A stretch of DNA of 64,000 nucleotides. Origin: Leptolyngbyaceae cyanobacterium (GTDB taxonomy: Bacteria; Cyanobacteriota; Cyanobacteriia; Phormidesmidales; Phormidesmidaceae). Below, piece after piece: positions 49,597 to 59,939 of the stretch. A program made the position numbers and the translations under genes. Location: the NCBI GenBank assembly GCA_965263355.1, contig CBDHHL010000056.1:1216001-1280000 (forward strand), read 5' to 3'. Numbering within the stretch: the first letter of the stretch is position 1; each line of letters opens with the position of its first letter. The notes under the pieces were generated by a model that worked only from the letters and a program-made list of their open reading frames with translations, ran no database searches and had not been told where the DNA came from.

Positions 49597-51038
49597 TACT
49601 CATAAATATCTCTCACAAACGCCGGATCCGGATTGAGTGAGGCAAACAAACGTCGACGAAAAGTACCCTTTTGGGTAGTTAGTTTTTGCGCCATTTTATC
49701 AATGGCAATCACGGACAAAATCGTTTGTAGATAGCCCTCGATCAGATCGTCTAAACCAATGCCCAGTTGATTAAAATCCCGACTATCCATCAGCATTAGC
49801 CGTTTAGATTCACTACTCCATGAGCCATCCTCATTTTTAATCGACAAATTGGTACCCAACATATCCCATGAGGAACATATCTCATCCAGAATTGTTGTTA
49901 ATGGTTTACGAGCACGTCTTGCATAGATTGCAACTGGATAAGCGCCTGCTGGACCCATGCCAATCATCATGCGTAAATCGGCTACATAGATGGCCTGGTG
50001 ACGATCAGGTAATGTACCCAAATGATAGAATCGCCCCTGTTTAGTTTGAGAACTCCAGCCAGAATTACCCACAAGACTTTGAACAATAAAGCGATCAAAC
50101 TGAAAGTCCAGCTGCATAAACTCTTCGAGTTCATATTTGTTGGTTAATGTGTAAACCCCCTGTCCCGCATTGCTGTAAGGATCTTTAACCACTGCAATAC
50201 CTCCCATCCGTTCCACCCAAAGAGGCACTTCTTCTTTGGCTACATCCCAAATAGTTTCAGGCGTGCGAATCATTAACCCTGTGGATTCTAGTTCAGCATT
50301 ATAAAAATCATAAGCTTTGGCTGCCATCAATTTGTTGCGACCACCGCTCAAACAGACGAGCACAGGGTTTAAGATAGCTGTACGAGTTAGAACAGGAATT
50401 CTGCTCCAGGGACGCTGAGTTACATAGCGAAAGGCAGCTCGGATAGCCTCCCATTCTCCTGTAGGGGTAAGAATTTCCATAACTCCATCCACAAAGCGAA
50501 CGGGTAGTTGATGATCATCTTGGAAACAAGGTACCCACCAGACTGGTTCTCCGGCCACTTCAGCCAGCATTGCAGCATAACCAGACGTTTCCATCTCATT
50601 TTTATCGTATAGAACAGCCAGTCCTCCTTTGGGCAATCGTCGACGTTTCAGAATAGGCATAAATGTCTGCTCTAGCAGCATACGATAGCCACTCTGTTCT
50701 TGGGCATCATTGCCAAAGGGCATTGACTTTTGGCCTGAAGGGCAAGAGTTTGTCTCAATAATAATGATACGTCGTACACCATCATCTGTCGTTGCTGGAA
50801 ACAAATCTGCTCCACCCCATTGAAAGTATTTGGTAGTGTGTGCTAAAACATCACGAACAGCCTTCGGATCAACTTCTGGATGGAGATGGACATAGCGATC
50901 AGCAATACGATTATTTCCTAAACTCAGGAAATACTGCACCATAGGGTGAATCTGAGCATTGAGCACCCGTGGATAGAAGTGTTCAGGAGTATCGAAACTG
51001 GCGGGAAAAACCTGCTGCACAGATTTTATCTGTTTCAT
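49596..51038 (-). CDS. Circularly permuted ATP-grasp-like protein
   Basis: N-terminal GAD..IETN, then VVKDPYSNAGQG, IVQ, DLR; GGAGG RBS before the ATG at 51038. Confidence 0.65.
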   Translation of the reverse strand: MKQIKSVQQVFPASFDTPEHFYPRVLNAQIHPMVQYFLSLGNNRIADRYVHLHPEVDPKAVRDVLAHTTKYFQWGGADLFPATTDDGVRRIIIIETNSCPSGQKSMPFGNDAQEQSGYRMLLEQTFMPILKRRRLPKGGLAVLYDKNEMETSGYAAMLAEVAGEPVWWVPCFQDDHQLPVRFVDGVMEILTPTGEWEAIRAAFRYVTQRPWSRIPVLTRTAILNPVLVCLSGGRNKLMAAKAYDFYNAELESTGLMIRTPETIWDVAKEEVPLWVERMGGIAVVKDPYSNAGQGVYTLTNKYELEEFMQLDFQFDRFIVQSLVGNSGWSSQTKQGRFYHLGTLPDRHQAIYVADLRMMIGMGPAGAYPVAIYARRARKPLTTILDEICSSWDMLGTNLSIKNEDGSWSSESKRLMLMDSRDFNQLGIGLDDLIEGYLQTILSVIAIDKMAQKLTTQKGTFRRRLFASLNPDPAFVRDIYE

Positions 51039-51521
51039 AACAAGACCTCCTGCTACCAATGTGGTTATGAAAATTCATAGAAAAATAGGTGTTGACAAGA
51101 TCGGTCATCCTATTTCTAGAGATCCCGTCCCCCGGTCATCATTGAAATTGAGTTTGGCTTAGATCACCTCTACCAGATGGATGAAAAAAACGGCTCAAAA
51201 TTCACCCGTTCGGTTGATGGCAGTTTCAATAATGTGACCGTTTGGCTAATGAAAAATTTTGGAGAGCCTTCTTGTAGTCACACCCTTTTTGCATAAAGAA
51301 TTTTTCGCATCCCTCTTAAGGATGATTTGACTTAACTAATTTTGTCCGGGGGATAGATGTAAATCCTCTATACATGAGTAACACTAGCCACACCATCACA
51401 TTCAGATTTATCACTAAGAACAAGTTCGTTAACAGCATTTTGGGTCAATACCGTTTTGATACTTTATTAGCAATTTAGATTTTCAAATCTTCCTATTGTA
51501 AGCAGCGGAGGTGCTTTTCAG

Positions 51522-52550
51522 ATGAACCAATCCACTTCTTTTTCTACAGGTTCACCTACGTCCAGCAGCAAACCAACTAAACAGCGCGCTAACCAGTCCC
51601 CACTGTACACAACTGATGCTGTGCGAAGTTACTTACACGAAATTAGCCGTATATCTTTGCTAATTCCTGAGCAAGAAACCAGCTTGGGTAGACAAGTGCA
51701 ACGATTAATGGCGCTGTTAGAGTACCAAACTTGTTTATCAAAAACACTAGGACGATTACCATCCAAGGCAGAATGGGCTACGGTTACCGAATTAACTGAA
51801 GCGGCCTTAGAACAACAAATTCTTGAAGGACAGCGGGCTAAACGTAAAATGATCGAAGCCAATTTGCGTTTTGTAGTAGCGATTGCCAAGAAATATCAAG
51901 GACGTAATTTAGATTTATTAGACTTAATCCAGGAGGGAACGTTAGGACTCGAACGCGCTGTTGAAAAGTTTGATCCAACCAAGGGGTATAAATTTTCAAC
52001 CTACGCCTACTGGTGGATTCGCCAAGGGATAACTCGAGCGATTGCTCAACAGTCACGGACAATTCGCTTACCCATTCATGTTACCGAACAACTTAACCAG
52101 ATTAAGAGGATTCAACGCGAACTCTCTCAGAAACTAGGTCGAAAACCCTCACTACTTGAAGTCTCCCAGGAGTTAAACCTAGAACCAGAAAAAATGCACG
52201 AATACTTGCTTATGTCCACTAAGCCTGTATCCCTTGACATATGTGTAGGAGACAATCAAGATACGGAACTACAGGAGCTATTAGAAGACAATAGTATCTC
52301 TCCCGAAGATTTCATCATTTACCAAGCACTACGCCAAGATATTCAGGCCATGCTTTCTGAACTACCCCTCCAGCAACAAGAGATCATCAGGTTACGATTT
52401 GGGCTTAATGATGGTGTACAATTATCCCTTGTTAAAGTTGGTGCACGCATGGGCATTAGCCGAGAGCGGGTTCGTCAACTAGAGCATCAAGCTTTAAAGT
52501 CACTACGTCGCAAAAAAGCAAAAATCAAAGGGTATCTGGTAGCCAGTTAG
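51522..52550 (+). CDS. Group 2 sigma-70 factor (RpoD/SigB-like)
   Basis: DAVRSYL, ANLRFVV, KFSTYAYWWIRQ, SRERVRQ. Confidence 0.93.
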   Translation: MNQSTSFSTGSPTSSSKPTKQRANQSPLYTTDAVRSYLHEISRISLLIPEQETSLGRQVQRLMALLEYQTCLSKTLGRLPSKAEWATVTELTEAALEQQILEGQRAKRKMIEANLRFVVAIAKKYQGRNLDLLDLIQEGTLGLERAVEKFDPTKGYKFSTYAYWWIRQGITRAIAQQSRTIRLPIHVTEQLNQIKRIQRELSQKLGRKPSLLEVSQELNLEPEKMHEYLLMSTKPVSLDICVGDNQDTELQELLEDNSISPEDFIIYQALRQDIQAMLSELPLQQQEIIRLRFGLNDGVQLSLVKVGARMGISRERVRQLEHQALKSLRRKKAKIKGYLVAS

Positions 52551-52649
52551 CTAAAGAAGGGATAAATTATGCATCCGGTAAAATCATCTCTAAACGGAAG
52601 CAAGATTGGACTGCGGATTTATAATCAACGACAGGATTTACATTCCTAC

Positions 52650-53364
52650 GATCTAAATCTTGCGATCGCTTACGCCCAGGCTTACCACGATCCCCCGATA
52701 TCTGCAACGACTAAATCGACTGAACCTGAGCCACAGTACCCTTAGCATATTGAGCATCCATTCCCTTCACCCCCTGCTGAAACTGAGCATACGGCCCCTG
52801 ATACAACAAATGAGTCACCGTCTCCGCCGACTCCCCAGCCCTCAGCGCAGCAGCCACCACCTGTTGGTCCAACTGAATCGCCGCCAGGTCGCTACTCACA
52901 TGCTCCCGATACAAATCAGCGTAACTCTGAATTTTGCCAGTCACCGCATTCGCATATTCCGTATACCGCTGCTTCTGAGCTGTATCCACCTGCGTTTTAG
53001 CATAGTGCAGTAGCTTGGGCAGAGCCGCCTTCTTCTCCTCTGGAGACTGCGCCCTCGTCTCACACTGCACATAGGGTCCCTAAGCAACAAACTGAATCAC
53101 CTGCCGGGGAGAATGACCTGCCTGTAATGCAACCTGAGCAACTGTGCGGTCCAGTTGTTGAGCTGTCTGTTGATCCTCAGGATTCTCACTCGCGTAAGCC
53201 TGAAATAACGTTTGATAATCCTCAAAATTCACTCTTAGAGCAGCCTTTGCTAGAACTAAATACTGTTCTCGTGCCTGCTGTCCCTTTTCCGTATCAGGCT
53301 CCCGAGGCCGCAATGGAGCCTCTTCTCAAGTCGTTTCTTTATCCGCTTTAGGAGACTTAGCCAT
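52650..53364 (-). pseudogene. Pseudogene copy of 25704-26441
   Basis: Nonsense codons at 53326-53328, 53080-53082 and 52711-52713 plus a 12-nt deletion relative to copy 1. Confidence 0.88.
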
Positions 53365-53373
53365 GATCAATTC

Positions 53374-53787
53374 CTACAACACATTCGAAAAGTCGTTGAG
53401 TAGATCATCTTGAGCCAACAGAGAAATCTCTCCTGTCGGTACCGCCATTGGGCTAATATTTGGAAATTCAGGCTGATCAGATTCGCTCGACGGGGGCTCA
53501 ATCCCAAACGTTTCCCGCAAATGCTGAATTTGCTCTTCCATTCGAATGATGGACTGACGAGCCAGGTCCTTTAGCTCTGCCTCCGAATGCTTACCAGTAT
53601 CCTGATAGGCAAAGGGTAGCCAGAAGGCGCGAGCCGCAGTAGCCGCCTTTTCTTTGCCTTTGTAGGTACGATGAATCAGCCAGCTATAAGTGACACCATT
53701 AGGGGAACTGCGATCTGGCTCAAAAATAAAGCGCACCCGTGACTTAGTGGGTTTATTTGGATCATCGTTACTGGGCTTGCGAGGCAT
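53374..53787 (-). CDS. Hypothetical mobile-element protein (copy 2)
   Basis: Near-identical to 26445-26858. Confidence 0.75.
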   Translation of the reverse strand: MPRKPSNDDPNKPTKSRVRFIFEPDRSSPNGVTYSWLIHRTYKGKEKAATAARAFWLPFAYQDTGKHSEAELKDLARQSIIRMEEQIQHLRETFGIEPPSSESDQPEFPNISPMAVPTGEISLLAQDDLLNDFSNVL

Positions 53788-54028
53788 AGTGAAACATACA
53801 GATTTTGTCTATAGCCTAGCCTTTGCACCTATAGATGCTGACACCTTGCTAAATAAGTTAATATTTTAAGAGTTAAATTTGATTCATAGCGGATACAGTG
53901 CTGATCATTTTTACTCAGGAGCACCACCTAATTGGTTTTCAGGTCAGGTAAACGTCATGGTATCGGCACTCCATAGCTCCTATAACTGATCACCTACAAT
54001 AGGAAGATAGCGATGCGACCACACCAAC

Positions 54029-54820
54029 ATGGTTTCACAACCGCTCAAAACTATTCTGCCTAGTACAACAGAGCTGCCCTGCTCTGACGATACTCCTGTG
54101 GATAACGTAGGCCCCAGGACGTGGCGAAGCCAAGACCAGAATCTACTGCCCAATCTATTGCTGTTTCTATTGACTCGTATCTGGTCAGAGCGCATGGATT
54201 GGTTCTTCGGCGTAGACATGGCGGTGTATCACACAACAGGGTTAAGTCCGAAAGTCCCTGTTGTGCCCGATGCATTTCTAAGCTTGGGTGTGGAACGCAA
54301 AAAAGGTGGTAAATCCCGTAGAAGCTATGCCACCTGGGAAGAAAATGACACGGTGCCAGTCCTGGCATTAGAGATGGTATCCCATCAACCTAATGATGAA
54401 TATGATGCCAAGCGTGATCTCTATGCCAAGTTGGGCGTCCTCTACTATGTGGTTTACAACCCAGAGTATTGGCAACGGGACCGGCACCAGCCGTTTGAGG
54501 TCTACAAATTGATCGGCCAAACTTATAAACTGCAAATTGGCGAACCCTTTTGGATGCCTGAAGTAGGCATTGGCATTGGTCGCAGTCGTCGCATCTTAGG
54601 CGGAATTGAACAGGAAGTGCTGCTATGGTTCGATGCTGACGGTAAAGCCTATCCAACACCGGACGAAATTATTGAGTCTACAGAATCTGAGCTTATTGCA
54701 GAACGTCAGAAAGCTGAGGCTGAGAAGCAACGAGCTGATGCAGAACGTCAGAGAGCCGATCAGCTGGCCGAATACTTGCGATCGCTTTTGGAGATGACTG
54801 GAAATTTAAGGTGGAGTTAG
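54029..54820 (+). CDS. Uma2 family endonuclease with 24-nt insertion and altered C-terminus
   Basis: LPCSDDTPVDN, VPDAFL, LEMVS, LGVLYY. Confidence 0.88.
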   Translation: MVSQPLKTILPSTTELPCSDDTPVDNVGPRTWRSQDQNLLPNLLLFLLTRIWSERMDWFFGVDMAVYHTTGLSPKVPVVPDAFLSLGVERKKGGKSRRSYATWEENDTVPVLALEMVSHQPNDEYDAKRDLYAKLGVLYYVVYNPEYWQRDRHQPFEVYKLIGQTYKLQIGEPFWMPEVGIGIGRSRRILGGIEQEVLLWFDADGKAYPTPDEIIESTESELIAERQKAEAEKQRADAERQRADQLAEYLRSLLEMTGNLRWS

Positions 54821-54923
54821 TAGACATTCAGGACGCCGATTCAGAACAACAAGAACCTAAAATTCTAGAATCTAAGGGCAAATCTTCCGAACAATATGGT
54901 TGGTATGGGGAGTAAACTATTCG

Positions 54924-55663
54924 ATGAATGCGCGGCTTAGTCCATTTTTCAGTCATACTGACGTAGACGCACTTTCTCTCACAGCGTCAGAGGTTCAGCA
55001 TCTGCAGCAACAGTCAATTGATCATCAGCATCCAGGTAATATTCTGCATGACTTTCAGGTTCTACTCGATTTCCTGACTCCTAACGGCACAAATGTTAGC
55101 AGTGCTCATAATTTCCTTCCCATGAAGTCTTTGGCTGACCTCAATCAGCGCTTTAGTCATCCGCTTGCGATCACCCTCAAACGTCCCCAGCAGAAGTCAT
55201 TTCCCTACATTCATGGCCTGTATCTGCTGTTGCGTACTTCTGGCTTAACGCTTGTTCAGGCTAAGGGCAAAAAGCAACAACTCGTACTCGATGAGGTTGT
55301 ACTCAATGCTTGGCATCAACTCAACCTAACCGATTTGACACAGATCACCTCTATCAGTTTTCCTACAAGGATCGGTTTGGTATTCTCCAAACTGTCATTC
55401 ATCCTGAAATCAATAGACCTCCCCATACGAACGAAACCTTAATTGGTGATTTACCCCTTGCTCCTGGAGCCAACATGACCTATCTCTATGATTTTGGAGA
55501 TCGCTGGAAATTTCAGGTGGAGCTTGAGAAAATGGAACCTCCTAATCCTCAGCTGAGCAAACCGCAAATACTGGCAACCCAGGGTGAAACTCCTCAACAA
55601 TATTGGGATGAAAATAGCTGGGATGGTGAGTGGGATGCAGGCGATTGGAATGAATATAACTAA
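54924..55663 (+). pseudogene. pRiA4b ORF-3-like protein, internally deleted and frameshifted near 55330
   Basis: DHLYQF and YLYDFGDRW in a second frame overlapping an N-terminal fragment. Confidence 0.7.
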
Positions 55664-56033
55664 CTTGCATTTTATACTACCGTTTCTAATCATTGAAGTT
55701 GTTCTCTCAACAACGGACGGTTTTATGAGTAGGCATGCCTGAATGAGCACTTGTTTAATAACGTTTCAGGCTTTTAATCACTTTCAAGTCAAAGCCTTGA
55801 GAGCTTTGCACTGTGACGTTTTAGCAATCTTCATGGCTGTTTTTAAGTGGATGTCACGCTCGTAATTGACGTGAGCTTTCACAAGCTTAACAACAGACTG
55901 GGCATAGACTTGAGGCTCAGCAGTCTCAGCCAAAGCGGTAAAATAGGCAGGCAGTACTTTTCTCCAGTCAACACCAACCTGCCAGGATCCGGCTTCATCG
56001 GCAAAAAAGATAATGTTATCGTATCAATACTCA

Positions 56034-56525
56034 ATGTATAACCCCAATCAACCGTTGCATACGGCAACTACCCAAGATTTATGGACAGCGCTTCTCCTTA
56101 AACGACGCTTCAACAACTTTGACCCGGAGCCGATTGTGCAAGACCTTTATGCCCAGCCACAGCTATGGCGCAAATTCTGGTTAGGATGGCTAGTATTTGA
56201 CGTTGCTTTTTACCAAAAGACAAACGAAGCACCGATCGCCCGTCTGCTAGAAATGCTTGTTTATGCCAGTGATGAGCGGCTGTATAAAAATGATGTTTTG
56301 TACATTCAGAGTGCCGATGATGAATGTGTTGCGCCTTTACTGGAGCTAGCGAAACAATGGCAGGTAGATAACTGTGAAGTTTATGATCGCACCCGACTAG
56401 CAAAAATTTTAGGCCGATTAGAAACCCTAATCGATGTGCTGGGCGAAGAAAAAATGACGCGCCAGATTGAGCAGTGGAAGGACCGTGGATGCTGTAGTCC
56501 CGTCATTGCGATGTGGTGGGATTAA
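56034..56525 (+). CDS. Hypothetical protein
   Basis: RFNNFD...WWD C-terminus, coherent ORF. Confidence 0.6.
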   Translation: MYNPNQPLHTATTQDLWTALLLKRRFNNFDPEPIVQDLYAQPQLWRKFWLGWLVFDVAFYQKTNEAPIARLLEMLVYASDERLYKNDVLYIQSADDECVAPLLELAKQWQVDNCEVYDRTRLAKILGRLETLIDVLGEEKMTRQIEQWKDRGCCSPVIAMWWD

Positions 56526-56554
56526 AATAAAAATATGCGATTCAGGTCCACACT

Positions 56555-57352
56555 ATGACCCCACAGCAGATTCTAGATAACCAACCTCTAGAAAACGAGG
56601 ACATCGTAACCGAACTCGATATCAGTCACCTGGTGATCGAGGATGATACCCCAGTGGATAATTTTCAATCAGCTCAGCAACAGCGCTTGCTGGTAGAGCC
56701 ACTTTATAGCAGCCAGACGTTACCGCTACCATTTATTGCAGAAGCAAGTGTAGGCTTATTTTATAAGCTCAAGGGCGATCCGCCTATTGTGCCGGACGTA
56801 ATGCTGAGTCTGGGGGTCCAAAGAGCTGCTGATTATGCTAATCGACGAGACCGCTCTTACTTCGTTTGGGAATTTGGCAAAGTACCCGAAGTTTGTATTG
56901 AAATTGTGTCCAATCAGGAAGGCGATGAGGTTACTCTCAGCCAAAAATCCAAGCAAAAGGGGAAAGCCTCAAGTAAGCGGGACATCTATGCCCAGATTGG
57001 TGTGCCCTACTACGTCGTGTTTGATCCCTTACAGCAAATCCAAGATGAAGCCAATATGAATGGGGCACTTTTGCGCGTATGGATGATTTCCCCGATAGGC
57101 TATCAGGAACTCACAACCGCAGAGGGCATCGCCAATACGGACCAATCAGTCTGGCTCGAAGGTGCTGGTGTAGGGCTAACGCTGTGGGAAGGTCCGTTTG
57201 AAGAGGAGATATCTCGGCTGTGGTTGAGGTGGTGCGATCACAATGGCCAAATCATCCCCACTGGCGCGGAGGGCCAAGAAATCGAACGGCAACGCGCAGA
57301 CCGCCTGGCTGAACGCTTACGAGCCATGGGAATCAACCCTGACGAAATCTGA
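56555..57352 (+). CDS. Uma2 family endonuclease
   Basis: EDDTPVDN, VPDVML, IEIVS, RLRAMGINPD. Confidence 0.92.
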   Translation: MTPQQILDNQPLENEDIVTELDISHLVIEDDTPVDNFQSAQQQRLLVEPLYSSQTLPLPFIAEASVGLFYKLKGDPPIVPDVMLSLGVQRAADYANRRDRSYFVWEFGKVPEVCIEIVSNQEGDEVTLSQKSKQKGKASSKRDIYAQIGVPYYVVFDPLQQIQDEANMNGALLRVWMISPIGYQELTTAEGIANTDQSVWLEGAGVGLTLWEGPFEEEISRLWLRWCDHNGQIIPTGAEGQEIERQRADRLAERLRAMGINPDEI

Positions 57353-57388
57353 ATTCAACAGGTTCATGTGAAGCTCCATCCTCAGTGC

Positions 57389-57734
57389 AGCAGTAGAGTA
57401 GCTGAGTCATGATCAGCTACTCTACTGCTCGACAAATTCTTTACGAAGAGTAGCGCAAAAAATTAGTACAAGAATGGCTCTACATGACTTTCAAGGAGGC
57501 CTGAGCCAAAAATACTTAAAACCTTTACTGTGCATAGCTTTAGCTTTGGAGGTTCAAAATATCTGAAGCCTACTCGCTATGATGATAGAGCAGCTGATTA
57601 ACGGTCAGCTCATCTAATCTTGACGAATTTTTTGACAAAAAATGCCGCGAAAAATTAGTACATAAACTCGCACAGCATTTTTCACTCACCATAAAAACTT
57701 TGCCAGAAAATAAATTTAGCCTTTGAGTAGTTCT
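57389..57734 (+). repeat. Island right-end region with symmetric core-like sites and arm motifs; homologous to 8505-8977
   Basis: AGCAGTAGAGTAGCTGA-GTCATGA-TCAGCTACTCTACTGCT (57389-57429), TAGAGCAGCTGA-TTAACGG-TCAGCTCATCTA (57586-57616); TTAGTACA at 57463 and 57655. Confidence 0.88.
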
Positions 57735-57752
57735 TTTGTAATCAGCCGGTCG
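57735..57752 (+). mobile_element. Truncated att site (tRNA-Thr(TGT) fragment)
   Basis: TTTGTAATCAGCCGGTCG identical to the starts of the other two att copies, with the same upstream context as 8978. Confidence 0.82.
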
Positions 57753-58219
57753 AATAATTTCTCTAACCAAACCGGGTCTATACTGCCAAAGTATTCAAGG
57801 CATAACTCTTTTGAAGGAAGAGATTCATTACCAATAGAGGTGCCCTTTAGCAACACAGGTTTAACCGTTAACAATAACAAAGAGTGTTTTACAGGCTTAC
57901 CCATTCACTATATCGCTGTCTTCGTTTCCCTTATCTTTACAGCGAGCTTTTTCTTACTTTAAAGATGTATCAGAGCACAGGGGCAATCTTTTGTACGGTT
58001 CGGCTAAGTTCACCATCGAAGACTTACCCTGCGATATTGGAGCAGCCAGCCAAGACTTCGTATTATCGTATTAGATGTAAACCCCTAAGCTTGCCAACTA
58101 AATGTTGTCATCGAACAAAACTAGTTGCGCATTTATAACCAGAAAGATCGGCCATTTGTTGGTATTACAAATTAGTTGAGTGTCCTAAACTCCATGTATG
58201 TGCTGAAGGACTATGAACA

Positions 58220-58372
58220 ATGCCAACTGAACAGATGACAATTTATGTACCAGTACGCGTAAAAAAAGCGATCAAAGAACTGGCGTCTGCTAAAGATCAA
58301 TCGATGAACACAATTGTGGTAGAAGCACTGGAACTTGCGATCGCAGAGTGGACCAGCCAAAACACTTTCTAA
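58220..58372 (+). CDS. Small ribbon-helix-helix protein (not in ORF track)
   Basis: MPTEQMTIYVPVRVKKAIKELASAKDQSMNTIVVEALELAIAEWTSQNTF; GAAGGA upstream. Confidence 0.7.
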   Translation: MPTEQMTIYVPVRVKKAIKELASAKDQSMNTIVVEALELAIAEWTSQNTF

Positions 58373-58639
58373 CCTGTAACCTTTAGAACACGAGTAGCCT
58401 GGTACAAGAGAATAGATAGAAAAGGAGATGCACCCCCATGGTTTGTGTCCTGCTCATAAGAGCTATTTGTTGGCACATACACCCTGTGTCCGAACTCAGA
58501 CTTTTAGCTGAGCTTTCTACGCTATGACAGTAATGATAGGAGAAAATGCTCTCCTGTGCGCAAGAGTGTACATTATTAGAGCGTTCTTTACGATTGCCTA
58601 ATGTAGATCCAAAGAATATCTAGAAACTGTGAAGCGCTA

Positions 58640-59939
58640 CTAGGACAGCTGTTGTCTATGCCATTCACGAGCTTGCTCTCGAATGGCATTGTATTCTTCT
58701 GTGGACATTTTATCCAAGTTTCTTAAGATAAAATTCATTCGCCCTTGGGTCTGTAGTATATCGCGGTGACGGGCGAGGAAATCCCAGTAGAAAACGTTAA
58801 ACGGGCAGGCCTGAGCGCCGGTACGGGCCTTAGGATTGTATTGGCAGCCCTTACAGTAATCACTCATCCGGTTAATGTAGTTGGCTGAGGCTGCATAGGG
58901 TTTAGTGGCGAGTATGCCTCCATCAGCAAAAAGACCCATGCCAATCACATTGGTTTGCATCACCCAGTCATAGGCATCGATAAAGGCAGCATGAAACCAT
59001 GACTCGACTGCCTGGGGGGAAAGTCCAGCTATCAGGGCAAAATTGCTAAGGACCATCAACCGCTGAATATGGTGGTTATAGCCGGTTCGTTTGACCTGGT
59101 CAACACTCTGGTGCAGACAGTTCATAGGAGTATCGCCAGTCCAGAAAAAGTCTGGTAAGGGCTGATGGTGATCAAAAAAATTCTTTTCTGGATAGTCCTC
59201 ATCCACGTAGCTATAGAGACCGCGCATATACTCTCGCCAGCCTAAAACCTGACGGATAAAGCCTTCCACACTATTAAGCGGCAGGTTTTGTTGATGATAA
59301 GCGGTCTCTACCGCTTGAATAACTTCTAGGGGATGCAATAGCCCTATATTCAAGTTCAGGTTCAAACCACTGGGGTGCAGGGGGATTCATCCCTTTTTTA
59401 GGCGGTTTTCGGTTTTCCTTGTCATAGTTCCACTGACCGCCAATAGGGGTAGGTTTTGGGGTTGTCTCCGCCATGAGAATGCCATAGCGTTTGCGCCCTT
59501 CTCGATAAAACGACTCCATTAACAAGCGTTTACGACCGTCGGCCCACTGTTTAAATTCAGTAACGGACCATAGAAAGTGATTGTTGGGGACAAGGGTCAG
59601 CTGGCAAGGAAGTTTCAGGGTGTTAAGAAAACGAGCAAAGGGGCGGTCGGCAGGCTCCATAACCCGCAGTTCGGTAATCTTGTTATGGTTAAGCCACTGG
59701 TGTAAGGGCGTAGCAAAATCGTCAGTCACTTCATAGGCCACAGTGCGACCTGCCGCTTTTAACTCAGCTGCAAAGTGACGCATGGCCGACCACACCAGTA
59801 CTAGCTTTTGTCGGTGATAACGGCGTTCAGTACTGTGACGCTGGGATTCAATTAGGATAACGGGTGCTTCAGGTGCGCTGGCTAAGGCTGCCTGATTGTG
59901 CCACAGCTGATCCCCCAAGATCCAAATTCCAATAGTCAT
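58640..59939 (-). pseudogene. Cryptochrome/photolyase-related (FeS-BCP/PhrB-like) gene with internal deletion and frameshift near 59360
   Basis: ILGDQL, HRQKL, GGQWNYDKENR, then LNIGLL, GWREY, HHIQRLM, YINRMSDYC..C..CPF in another frame. Confidence 0.8.
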
